Positions 38,201 through 45,839 of a stretch of 64,000 nucleotides of DNA are shown piece after piece; the stretch's first letter is position 1; every line of letters starts with the position of its first letter. Position numbers and translations under genes: made by a program. The notes below the pieces were generated by a model that saw only the letters and a list, made by a program, of their open reading frames with translations, was not told the DNA's origin and made no database searches. Source of the stretch: an uncultured Micromonosporaceae bacterium (lineage in GTDB: Bacteria > Actinomycetota > Actinomycetes > Mycobacteriales > Micromonosporaceae); assembly GCA_966211315.1 (NCBI GenBank), contig CBIHNN010000013.1:19225-83224 (forward strand). The letters run 5' to 3'.

Positions 38201-38471
38201 CCGGCTCACCACCGTCGCCCGGCTGGGTCCCGGGCAGGCGTTCGGGCTGGGCGGTGTGATGGGTGAGCGGACGGGCACCCTGCTGCGCGCGCTGCGACCT
38301 CTGGAGCTGCTGGTGCTGAGGTCGGAGGCGCTCGCCGCGCTCGCGCTGGAACTGCCCGCGGTGGCCGCCGCGCTGGACACCGCCCCGGGCCGGGCGGTGC
38401 CGGCGGGCGGCGAGCGGCTGTCCCAGCTGGCACTGCGGCCTCCCGTGTCGGGGGATCCCCTGCCCGGCTGA
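35229..38471 (+). CDS. FHA domain / unassigned domain / ABC-exporter transmembrane domain / degenerate ABC nucleotide-binding domain / cNMP-binding domain fusion protein
   Basis: FHA: VEVGRD...SRRHLTL...GSSNGTSVNG. Six TM helices of the type I exporter kind. The NBD reads GAPGTAIS (Walker A), VLREAVL (Q-loop), LSEAQ (signature), LLLDDVT (Walker B) and ATHRL (H-loop). The C-terminal cNMP domain reads IPLFARLD...GQAFGLGGVMGERTGTLLRA. It lies 26 nt downstream of the cyclase gene. Confidence 0.85.
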   Translation: MAQRVEIRELGRPARVVTIAETVEVGRDCAGIVVSDPEVSRRHLTLSYADETLSVLDLGSSNGTSVNGVPVTAQTPLHAGDVVGLGDAQIVVLPPRDGPVPVDAPTEAMAGPDGAVPPAPPEPARTPPPARPALDELAVRDTDAAVIRYRRGSAGERAASGYASAVRRARRRLAGLGSEPWGVRPQICLVDPFPSPDDPDDLLAAGTVVDPVHGEIWMVVTADSPPESPERPLALFFGAGLPAADDVAALVEGYGLHLARLPSPDAFLRGSDLPPLAEADGQLRVLMAVSFVRHLLARGGEPAFRQLLATAQPGAVDAAAEQVYGLPLSALEPRWRAGLTTPPPQARTADFLRLTGAYLRRHGWWLTQLVVCTVATVALVVLLPLALRRLIDQVLPARDLVAAVRIVGVLAGALVVAGMAEIRRVQLWARLSVTFLQQLRADMFAKLQTLSASWYAAPGRGTDVLSRLLADAAILQSGLHAVRDAVSQGVVLVAATAVLVVLSVPLAATVLLGALLLGALGRTLARRAARHAHDAQEQVTSVVSVAAESYAAHALVQAYGLEADQRGRFQRVLDHNAVRQRRALVSESLPGVCVDGTATALRLAVLAVGAWLLVTDRVTVGALVAVLVIVDQVVRPVSALAMLGGRLDATRGAVVRVTDILAAQNEIAEAPEAVDLPRPRREIRLSGIGLEAGPDRRPLADVDAAIRVGSRVAFVGAPGTAISSVVQLLLRFCDPTTGAVRIDGQDLRHVTVSSLRGQIGAVLREAVLVDATVAENIALGGPGAGHVAIEAAARAAEAHPFVLTLPHGYDTRVGERGVRLSEAQRRRIALARALLRDPAVLLLDDVTADLDVRSERLFTATLARVGRGRTVITATHRLTTVVDYDQIFLMDGGRIVERGGHHGLLLAAGRYAELWAEQAHTGPVEPTPFDVAAALTRIPLFARLDGRGLDRVARCLHEQRVDRDETVRSDDGRLLLIRRGRALVLGPDPAGRLTTVARLGPGQAFGLGGVMGERTGTLLRALRPLELLVLRSEALAALALELPAVAAALDTAPGRAVPAGGERLSQLALRPPVSGDPLPG

Positions 38472-38587
38472 GGACTCTGTCAGCAAGCGCACACACATAC
38501 CGTCGTGGTGCCCACAGCAACGCCGCTGCTGCGGGCGGACAGTGTTCCGGTAGCACTCATTCGCCGACACATTCGCACGAGGAGGCC

Positions 38588-38956
38588 GTGATGGTCACCT
38601 ACACCATCCAGGACCCGTCCCGCCGCGAGGTTCGCAACCGTCCGCCGATCGTCGTGTCCGGCGCTGAGACGACCGACGCCCTGACGGCAGCCCGGGCCGA
38701 GGCGCTCTTCACCAGCGACGTGTCGGTGAGTTCGACCCTCGACGGGGACGAGTTCAAGGATGCCATCCGGCAGGCGCTGGTGCGCCACGGCGGCGTCCGT
38801 GGATGCGCGGCCGAGGTGGCAGCGGCGTACGGCGATCACCCGGAGACCGCGGCGCCGCGCATGCGCTGGGCCCGGCAGATCGTGCAGTCGGTGTACGGCA
38901 AGCAGGTCGCGCACCGCTGGGCGACTCACCGCGTACTGCTCTCCTCGGTTCAGTAG
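38588..38956 (+). CDS. hypothetical small cytoplasmic protein
   Basis: AGGAGG lies 6 nt upstream of GTG-ATG. GC3 is high. 122 aa with no TM segment (…ALFTSDVSVSS…GVRGCAAEVAAAYGDHPETAAPRMRWARQIV…). I could not name a family. Confidence 0.65.
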   Translation: MMVTYTIQDPSRREVRNRPPIVVSGAETTDALTAARAEALFTSDVSVSSTLDGDEFKDAIRQALVRHGGVRGCAAEVAAAYGDHPETAAPRMRWARQIVQSVYGKQVAHRWATHRVLLSSVQ

Positions 38957-39150
38957 GTCTCCGGCGGCGTTCGTCCGCCCGTCGCGGTGCGTCGCACCAC
39001 GGGCCGAACCGACCGACATCGCGCCATCTGTAAGCGTGAATCTCCAAGAGGTGGCGTCACTGTGGCCTATGTACGGTGAGCAGACCAGCCAGGACCTCGG
39101 TTTCCGGACAGCCTGTCGCCGGTCGGAGGTCTGCCACGAGGTGAGGGTGC

Positions 39151-40155
39151 ATGGTTCCTCCGCTCATCCGTACCGGCTCCGTCGGGTCGAGCCGGACAGC
39201 CGGCGATCGTCGGGTGACCGCCGGTCGTCCGCGTCGCGGGGGCACACGGTGGCGGCGGTCGTCCGTGGCGGGACTAGCCGTGATCATGGTCGTCACCGCG
39301 TGCACCGGCAAACCAGCGAGCACCCCCACGCCCGGCGCCGGCTGGTCCGTGGTGTGGAGCGACGATTTCGACGGCAAGGCCAACACCGGCCTGTCGCGGT
39401 CGGACTGGCTGTACACCGTCGGCACGAGCTATCCGGGCGGGTCACCCAACTTCGGCACGGCCGAGGTCGAGACGATGACCGACAGCGTCGAGAACGTCTA
39501 CCACGACGGTGCAGGTCACCTCGCCATCAAGCCGATCCGCTCCAGCGCGGGCACGTGGACGTCCGGTCGGGTGGAGACCAGGCGCACCGACTTCGCCGCG
39601 CCGGCGGGCGGCATGATGCGCCTGGAGGCGACCTTGCAGCAGCCCAATGTCAGTGGGGCACAGGCCGTCGGGTACTGGTCGGCGTTCTGGGCACTCGGGG
39701 ACGCGGCCCGGCCGGTGGGCGCCACGAACTGGGCGCACATCGGCGAGTTGGACATCATGGAGAACGTCAACAGCCGCGACTCGGTGTGGCAGACGCTGCA
39801 CTGCGGTCCTCCGGTCGGGGGTCCCTGCAAGGAGCCGGACGGCATCTCCAGCGGGGAGCAGCCGTGCGCCGACTGCCGGACCGCCTTCCACACGTACGCG
39901 ATCGAGCTCGACCGCAGCGTCACGCCGGAGCAGCTGCGCTGGTACGTCGACCAGAGGAACACGTTCACCGTCAGGGCCGACCGGGTCGACCAGACGACCT
40001 GGGAGAAGGCGACCCGCCACGGTTTCTTCGCCATCCTGAACGTCGCCATCGGGGGAGTCTTCCCGACCAAGTTCGGTGGGCCACCCACCGCCGCCACCAG
40101 GTCCGGCGTACCGATGCTCGTGGATCGCATCGCGGTGTACACCCGCGGAAAATGA
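39151..40155 (+). CDS. glycoside hydrolase family 16 lipoprotein (beta-1,3 or beta-1,3-1,4-glucanase type)
   Basis: Arg-rich n-region plus lipobox LAVIMVVTAC. WSVVWSDDFDG. Catalytic motif GELDIMEN (E-x-D-x-x-E). FHTYAIELD. Confidence 0.85.
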   Translation: MVPPLIRTGSVGSSRTAGDRRVTAGRPRRGGTRWRRSSVAGLAVIMVVTACTGKPASTPTPGAGWSVVWSDDFDGKANTGLSRSDWLYTVGTSYPGGSPNFGTAEVETMTDSVENVYHDGAGHLAIKPIRSSAGTWTSGRVETRRTDFAAPAGGMMRLEATLQQPNVSGAQAVGYWSAFWALGDAARPVGATNWAHIGELDIMENVNSRDSVWQTLHCGPPVGGPCKEPDGISSGEQPCADCRTAFHTYAIELDRSVTPEQLRWYVDQRNTFTVRADRVDQTTWEKATRHGFFAILNVAIGGVFPTKFGGPPTAATRSGVPMLVDRIAVYTRGK

Positions 40156-40168
40156 GGAGTGTCGATCG

Positions 40169-41821
40169 ATGACCAGCGCATCCGGGCGTGTGCGAGACGA
40201 ACCGACCTGGCGTCCCATCCAGCGTTCCACCCGGTTCGCGGTGATGCTGGCCCTGGGCGTCACGTTGTTCTACATGATCTTCCTGCTGAATCCGGCGTAC
40301 CGGGGGAACCCCTGGATCTGGGGGCTGGTGCTCTTCGCGGAGGGGCTCACGATCTTCAACGCCCTCTCGATGTGGTGGACGGTGCTGGTCAACACGCCGC
40401 GCCCGGACCCGCCGGAGGTGTACGTGTGGCGCCGTCAACTGATCACCGGTGCGCTGAGACCCACGATCGACGTCTTCATCACGGTCTACGGCGAACCCCT
40501 CGAAATCGTCCTGGTGACGGTCCGCGCGGCGCGCGACATGGACGTGGGGCACTTCACGTGGGTGCTGGACGACGGCGACAGCGACGAACTGCAGGCGGCG
40601 TGCGCCGAGGAGGGCGTGGGGTACCTGCGCCGCACCGAGCACTCGCACGCGAAGGCCGGCAACATCAACGCCGCCCTGAGGCGTACGAACAGCGAGTTCG
40701 TGGTGATCTTCGATGCCGACCACGTACCCAGCCCGGACTTCCTGGTGCGCGCCCTGCCGCACATGCAGGACTCGCTGGTCGCGTTCGTGCAGACTCCGCA
40801 GGCCTTCCCGAGCGCCAGGGGCATCGTCGCCGAGGGCGCGGCGGCGTCGCAGCGGATGTTCTACGAGCTCGTGCTGCCCGGCCGGAACCTCTTCAACGCG
40901 GTGTTCTGCGTGGGCACCAACGTCATCTTCCGGCGGGCCGCCCTCAACGAGATCGGCGGCATGTACACGGCCAGCAACTCCGAGGACATCTGGACCTCGA
41001 TCGAGCTGCACCGGCGCGGCTGGCGCTCGTACTTCATACCGGAGGTCCTGGCCCGGGGTCTCGCCCCGGACAGCCTGCTGCCGTTCTTCAAACAGCAGTT
41101 CCGCTGGGCGTACGGCGCGTTCGAAGTGCTGCTGCGCGGTGGTCTGTTCCGCGGCAAGGGCCTCACCGTCGACCAGCGTTTCCAGTATCTGCTGGCCGGG
41201 ATCAACTACCTGCTGTCGGTCGCCGCGCTCATCCTGATGACTCTGCCGGCGGTGTACTTGCTGTTCGGCCTGAGCCCGATCCGCGCGGACATCGACGTCT
41301 GGCTCGTGCACTACGCGCCGTTCTACCTCCTGATCATGCTGGTCACGGTGCTGCAGCTGGGCGGTTTCAAACTCGCCGCGGTCGTCATGAGCATCGGCGC
41401 CGCACCGGTGCACGTGAAGGCGTTCTTCATGGCGATGTTCAAGCGCAAGGTCCGCTGGACCGTCACCAACGCCGGGCCGAGGGGTCTGCCCGGGGTCGAG
41501 CTGGTGCTGCCGCACGTCTTCCTGCTGTTGCTCAACGCCGTGGCCATCGCCGTCGGCATCAGCATGATGCCGCTGCGGGGGACCGACATCGTGGCAGTCG
41601 GGCTGTCCATCGCCTGGGCGACGATCTACGTCCTGATCCTGGGTCGGGTCATCGCCGAGGCGGTCATCGCGCCCCAGGTCATCAAGGAGCGTCTGGAACG
41701 GCGAAAGGCGAGCGCGCTGCTCGCCAGGGCGCTGCCGTGGCCGACTCGCCGGGACGAGGCTGACGCCATGGTCAGCTCGGCCATCGAGGAGTCCGCCGGT
41801 TCCTCCGCGCGAACGAGCTGA
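40169..41821 (+). CDS. processive family-2 glycosyltransferase, cellulose/curdlan-synthase-like beta-glucan synthase
   Basis: VFITVYGEP, WVLDDGDSDEL, HAKAGNINAAL, VIFDADHVP (DxD), QTPQAF, FCVGTNVIFRR, SEDIWTS (TED-like), and QQFRWAYG (QxxRW), with TM helices at both ends. GAGGAG RBS lies 13 nt after the GH16 stop. Confidence 0.9.
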   Translation: MTSASGRVRDEPTWRPIQRSTRFAVMLALGVTLFYMIFLLNPAYRGNPWIWGLVLFAEGLTIFNALSMWWTVLVNTPRPDPPEVYVWRRQLITGALRPTIDVFITVYGEPLEIVLVTVRAARDMDVGHFTWVLDDGDSDELQAACAEEGVGYLRRTEHSHAKAGNINAALRRTNSEFVVIFDADHVPSPDFLVRALPHMQDSLVAFVQTPQAFPSARGIVAEGAAASQRMFYELVLPGRNLFNAVFCVGTNVIFRRAALNEIGGMYTASNSEDIWTSIELHRRGWRSYFIPEVLARGLAPDSLLPFFKQQFRWAYGAFEVLLRGGLFRGKGLTVDQRFQYLLAGINYLLSVAALILMTLPAVYLLFGLSPIRADIDVWLVHYAPFYLLIMLVTVLQLGGFKLAAVVMSIGAAPVHVKAFFMAMFKRKVRWTVTNAGPRGLPGVELVLPHVFLLLLNAVAIAVGISMMPLRGTDIVAVGLSIAWATIYVLILGRVIAEAVIAPQVIKERLERRKASALLARALPWPTRRDEADAMVSSAIEESAGSSARTS

Positions 41822-41833
41822 AGGGCAAACGTC

Positions 41834-42652
41834 ATGGTCCAACCGGCGCATGCGCCATCCACTCCGCACCAGCCGTCCACTCCTGAGCAGTCGGCCATTC
41901 CTCACCAGCCGGCCGCGCCGTCCCCCGCACCGGCCACACCGGCACCCGGCCGGCCGCGCGGGACCTTCCGGTCATGGTGGTCCCGCTTCCTCGTCCTCAT
42001 CATGGTGGCCGGAGCCGGCTTCGTCTTCCTGCTCATCAGCAGCAACCGGGCGGCGCAGGCCGCCCGCGTCGACCTGGGCACCGTCACACTGACCACGCAG
42101 TCCATCCCGGTCGAGACGGCGCGGTCCGGGCAGATCACCGCTGTCTCGGTCGCCGGGCAACAGACGGTCAAGAAGGGCGACAAGCTCGGCACGATCGAGG
42201 TCACCACGACCAAGGCCGACGGCGAGCCCGTCGTGAAGACACTCACTCTGACCGCGCCGCACGACGGCATCGTCGTCGACGAACCGGTCACCGTCGGCAG
42301 CACGCTCCAGCCGGGACAGCCCTTCGTCGTGCTGTACGACCCGACGAGGTTGGAGTTCGTCAGCGACATCCCGCTGAAGAACGTGCCCACGCTCGCCCGG
42401 GGCATGATCGCCAGCCTGAAGGCGAACGGGCTCGACCGCACCGTCAGGGCCTCCGTCCAGCGGGTCGTGCCGCGGGTCCCCGGGGCCAACCCCGCCGCCG
42501 ATGACGTCAGTCCGGATGCGCTGCGACTGGTGCTGGCTCCCGTGACCCCGCAGGAGGTGCGTGGGCTCGTACCCGGCCTGCGGTTCAAGGGCACCGTCGA
42601 CACCCGTACGGGGGAGAGCGGCGCCCCGAAGCTCGTCGCCATGCCGGCGTAG
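41834..42652 (+). CDS. HlyD/membrane-fusion-protein-like protein with one N-terminal TM helix
   Basis: Pro-rich N-terminus, then TM FLVLIMVAGAGFVFLLI. Lipoyl-like hairpin halves GQITAVSVAGQQTVKKGDKLGTI ... LTAPHDGIVVDEPVTVGSTLQPGQPFVVLYDP. Lies 12 nt after the GT2 stop. Confidence 0.7.
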   Translation: MVQPAHAPSTPHQPSTPEQSAIPHQPAAPSPAPATPAPGRPRGTFRSWWSRFLVLIMVAGAGFVFLLISSNRAAQAARVDLGTVTLTTQSIPVETARSGQITAVSVAGQQTVKKGDKLGTIEVTTTKADGEPVVKTLTLTAPHDGIVVDEPVTVGSTLQPGQPFVVLYDPTRLEFVSDIPLKNVPTLARGMIASLKANGLDRTVRASVQRVVPRVPGANPAADDVSPDALRLVLAPVTPQEVRGLVPGLRFKGTVDTRTGESGAPKLVAMPA

Positions 42653-42676
42653 CACGGTCGCCCCGGCGGCCGTGCT
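42651..42676. terminator. bidirectional terminator-like hairpin between convergent genes
   Basis: AGCACGGTCGCC-CC-GGCGGCCGTGCT (12-bp arms, one G:U-type mismatch) lies exactly between the MFP stop (42650-42652) and the crcB stop (42680-42682). Confidence 0.45.
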
Positions 42677-42679
42677 CGG

Positions 42680-43042
42680 TCAACCGGTGATCGCCTGCGC
42701 GATCAGCAGCCCGCCGTACGCGGCGCCGAGCCCGGCGACGACACTGGCGACGATGTTCGCGGCGGCGTACAGCCGGGCACCGTCCCGCGCCAGCCGCAGC
42801 GTCTCGTAACTGAACGTGGAGTAGGTGGTCAGCGCCCCGCAGAAGCCGGTGCCGAGCAGCGCCATGACCGCCTGCCCGGCCGGGAGCCCGGTGAGGAAGC
42901 CCAGCAGCAGCGAGCCGACGACGTTGACGGTCAGGGTGCCCCACGGGAACACCGAGTCGTGGCGGCCCTGGATCGCCCGGTCGGTCAGGTACCGCAGCGG
43001 TGCGCCGACAGCGGCGCCCAAGGCGATCAGCAGTACGGTCAC
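42680..43042 (-). CDS. crcB: fluoride channel CrcB/FluC
   Basis: 120 aa with four TM segments. [20 protein letters not shown], and [18 protein letters not shown] start overlaps the DUF190 stop. Confidence 0.85.
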   Translation of the reverse strand: MTVLLIALGAAVGAPLRYLTDRAIQGRHDSVFPWGTLTVNVVGSLLLGFLTGLPAGQAVMALLGTGFCGALTTYSTFSYETLRLARDGARLYAAANIVASVVAGLGAAYGGLLIAQAITG

Positions 43043-43389
43043 CGGGTCTCCCGGCCGACGTAGCGGACGATTTCGACCGGGTCGACGACGGCCAGGCCTT
43101 CGCCGATCAGCTCGTCGAGCTGCGGCAGGAAGGCCCGGATCTTCTCCTCGGTGTCGACCACGATGACGGCCACCGGCAGCTCCTCCGACAGCGACAGCAG
43201 CCGGGTCGTGTGCACCCGGCTCGACGCGCCGAACCCCTCGATGCCGCGCAGCACCGTCGCACCGGCCAGCCCGGCGGCGTGCGCCCGGTGCACGATCTCC
43301 GCGTACAGCGGCTTGTGGTGCCACATGTCGGACTCGCCGATGAAGATCGTCAGCCGTGTTGCCGAGCCGTCCCACCGCACCGCGCTCAC
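43039..43389 (-). CDS. DUF190 (PII-like) protein commonly linked to crcB
   Basis: [45 protein letters not shown]...[17 protein letters not shown]. It is sandwiched between two crcB genes. Confidence 0.8.
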   Translation of the reverse strand: MSAVRWDGSATRLTIFIGESDMWHHKPLYAEIVHRAHAAGLAGATVLRGIEGFGASSRVHTTRLLSLSEELPVAVIVVDTEEKIRAFLPQLDELIGEGLAVVDPVEIVRYVGRETR

Positions 43390-43400
43390 CTGCCCTCGCC

Positions 43401-43901
43401 TCACCGCCGGGCCCGCAGCGCCCACGCTGTGACCGTCGATCCCGCCCACACCGCCAGCATCGCCCCGACCAGGGTGGCACCCAGGTACGCCAGGGCCACG
43501 GCGGCACCGGCGTGCGCGGCGGCCCGCTGCACGTCCACGACCGAGGTGGAGAAGGTGGTGTACCCGCCGAGGACACCCACCCCGAGGAACGGGCGCAGCA
43601 GCCGGTGGCCCGCCCACACCTCGGAGATCAGCACCATCAACACCCCGATGAGCAGGCAGCCGGACACGTTGATCGACCAGGTGGACCACGCGAACCCGTC
43701 CGTTCGGAGGTGCGGCCACGCCACGGTCACCGCGTACCGGGCGAGCGCCCCGAGCACGCCACCGGCGGCGACGGCTGCGATCACCGGAACCGGGCTCGGA
43801 CGTGATTCCACCCGATTGGCGGGAACGTGGCGGTCGGCGTCCGCGCCGACGGATGTCACCGGCTCCTGCACACAACCCCCCGCGGACGACACGTTCACCA
43901 C
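43401..43901 (-). CDS. crcB: fluoride channel CrcB/FluC paralogue (start uncertain; possible roughly 40-aa N-terminal extension)
   Basis: [24 protein letters not shown], and [15 protein letters not shown]. Confidence 0.8.
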   Translation of the reverse strand: MVNVSSAGGCVQEPVTSVGADADRHVPANRVESRPSPVPVIAAVAAGGVLGALARYAVTVAWPHLRTDGFAWSTWSINVSGCLLIGVLMVLISEVWAGHRLLRPFLGVGVLGGYTTFSTSVVDVQRAAAHAGAAVALAYLGATLVGAMLAVWAGSTVTAWALRARR

Positions 43902-44313
43902 CTGGGACGCATACGACTTCTCAGTCAGGCTAGCCGAGCTGGACCGAGAGACGTCGGCGCAGCGCGGTCGTCTCCGCCGAGGAGAAGTCCCGAGGGGCGG
44001 TCTGAGAAGTTCTCGGCTTCATGATGACAACTGCCACTGTCCTGTCGGATGCCGCGCTGAGACGCTTTCTGGAAAGTGATCCGACCCCTTTCACCGGGGA
44101 TATGCTGCGTCATCCAGGACCGTATGACCTCTGTGGGATCCCGCGGATAGGTGCCATACCGCGTCCGCCCCACCATGAAAGCGGTTCGTTGTGCCGTCAC
44201 GGCAGCAGTTCTTTCACCGATACGACGCATAGGTGGGTGACAACCGTGGATGTGCGCAGCTCGCCCGGAGAACCGCCCCCGGTACGTCCGGCAGGTCGCG
44301 GCGGCGGCCGGTC

Positions 44314-44796
44314 ATGATGCGGGCACGCCGCCGCGGTGAGCTGGTCACCGACACCTTCACCGCGTACATCGCAGGCGTGCCCGCCGACGTGGCCGGCCAC
44401 GTCGGTGTGGAGCGTCTGCGGGAGCCCTGGCTCTCGGCCCGTGCACCGAAGCGGTTGCGGGGCAGAGATCGCGTGACGGTGGCGATGCTGGCGGTTGACG
44501 CCTTCGCGGCCGTACTGGTCGTCGCCGGTGTGGGCGGCCCGCTGCGTGTCGCGCTCGGACTGGCGGCCGGATTGACCGTGCCCGGTTGGGCGGTGGTCGC
44601 CCACCTCGACCTTCGCTGGCCCGCGGCGGAGGCGGCGCTGACCCCGGCCGCCAGCCTTGCGGCGCTCCTCCTGCTGGCGCAACTGATGACCAGTCCGGGA
44701 GCCTGGCACCCGATCGCCGCCTGGTCCGTCGTGAGCGGGTTGTCGGCGGTACTGCTCATCGCGCGGCTGGTCCGACGCCGGGCGGTCGCACCATGA
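44314..44796 (+). CDS. hypothetical membrane protein (3-4 TM)
   Basis: ATG at 44314 (MMRARRRGELV). GC3 is high. Hydrophobic segments VTVAMLAVDAFAAVLVVAGV, LAAGLTVPGWAVVA, and SLAALLLLAQL. ATGA overlap with the next gene. Confidence 0.55.
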   Translation: MMRARRRGELVTDTFTAYIAGVPADVAGHVGVERLREPWLSARAPKRLRGRDRVTVAMLAVDAFAAVLVVAGVGGPLRVALGLAAGLTVPGWAVVAHLDLRWPAAEAALTPAASLAALLLLAQLMTSPGAWHPIAAWSVVSGLSAVLLIARLVRRRAVAP

Positions 44797-45839
44797 CCGG
44801 TGCGCCCACCGCGGCACCGCGGCCCGAAGCGTGGGCCACACCAGTGGTCCGGGGGGTCGCTGCGGTGCCTCGACCGCGCCGTACCACCAGCCTCTTCGTC
44901 AGCCGTATCCGGGCCGGCGGCCACGTGGCGTTGCCGTCGTCCAGTGGCACGCCCGCTCGCGGCGTTGCGCGGACGTCGCGGCCAGGCATCCTCGCCGCCT
45001 ACCCGGCAACGGGCTCGGCCGCCAGCGCGACCCCCGTCATCCGGACCACCGCGCCGGTGACGCCCGCCGCGGGCGTTGTCGTGCGGGCCGCGGCGGGCGC
45101 TCGTACCACCGTCGCCGGACCCGTCCTGGCCGGCGTCCTCGCCGCCGTGCTGTGGGTACCGTCGGTGCTCGTCGCCGACTCGGCCCGGCTGGGCTCGCCG
45201 GGTCTGATCTCCGTGCTGCCGTGGTGGTACTTCGCCGGTCTGGCGCTGCTGGTTGTGGCGCTCGGCTGGGAGCTGTTCCGGCCCCGGCTGATCGTCATGT
45301 GCTGCCTCACGGTGATGCTCATCGCGTACCTGTTCGGCACGGTGTCGGCAGTGGAGCCGATCGCGGGTCTGCCGGTGGCCTGGTATCCCACCGGACCGAC
45401 CGGATGGATCACGCCCCACGGCAGTGCGCTGCCTGCGGTGGACGCCCGGGCGAGCTGGCCGGGCATGTTCTCGCTGTCCGCGTTCATCGTGGAGGTGACC
45501 GGTCCCGGATACCCGAGCGACGTCCTGCGCTGGGCGCCTCCCGTGTTGGAGCTGCTCTACCTCGCGCCGCTGCGGGTGATCGCCCAGGTCGTCGGGGTTG
45601 GCGCACGCGCCGGTTGGCTCGGCACGCTGCTGTTCTTGCTGAGCAATTGGATCGAGCGGGACCACTTCCTGCCCCAGGCCCTCAATGTCCTGTTCTACCT
45701 GGTCGCCGTCGCGGCCGTGCTGGCGTTCTGGCGGCCGCTGACGGACGTGAATCGGACAGGCCCGGCCGTCCGGCGCGCCCGCGACCCGGGGGTGCCGCAC
45801 CGCCGAGGTGGCGGCGGATGGCGGCGCGGACAGGCCTGA
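44793..45839 (+). CDS. hypothetical polytopic membrane protein with a disordered Pro/Ala/Arg-rich N-terminus
   Basis: About 120 aa of low-complexity sequence, then at least 6 hydrophobic segments (LISVLPWWYFAGLALLVVALGW..., LIVMCCLTVMLIAYLFG..., WLGTLLFLLSNW...). I recognised no family. Confidence 0.55.
   Translation: MTGAPTAAPRPEAWATPVVRGVAAVPRPRRTTSLFVSRIRAGGHVALPSSSGTPARGVARTSRPGILAAYPATGSAASATPVIRTTAPVTPAAGVVVRAAAGARTTVAGPVLAGVLAAVLWVPSVLVADSARLGSPGLISVLPWWYFAGLALLVVALGWELFRPRLIVMCCLTVMLIAYLFGTVSAVEPIAGLPVAWYPTGPTGWITPHGSALPAVDARASWPGMFSLSAFIVEVTGPGYPSDVLRWAPPVLELLYLAPLRVIAQVVGVGARAGWLGTLLFLLSNWIERDHFLPQALNVLFYLVAVAAVLAFWRPLTDVNRTGPAVRRARDPGVPHRRGGGGWRRGQA

Noticed and set aside
35685-38570. 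961-aa ORF on the minus strand
   Set aside because: It is the mirror frame of the FHA/ABC/cNMP gene. The translation is Arg/Gly/Pro/His-rich with no motif, while the plus-strand frame carries FHA, ABC and cNMP motifs. This is a typical shadow ORF of very GC-rich DNA.
43902-44232. Fluoride (crcB-motif) riboswitch upstream of the crcB operon
   Set aside because: I expected one and looked on the minus strand, but I could not find the conserved GGnGAUGG...AACCGCC...CUGAUGA arrangement by eye. It is not reported as a feature; a covariance-model search is needed.
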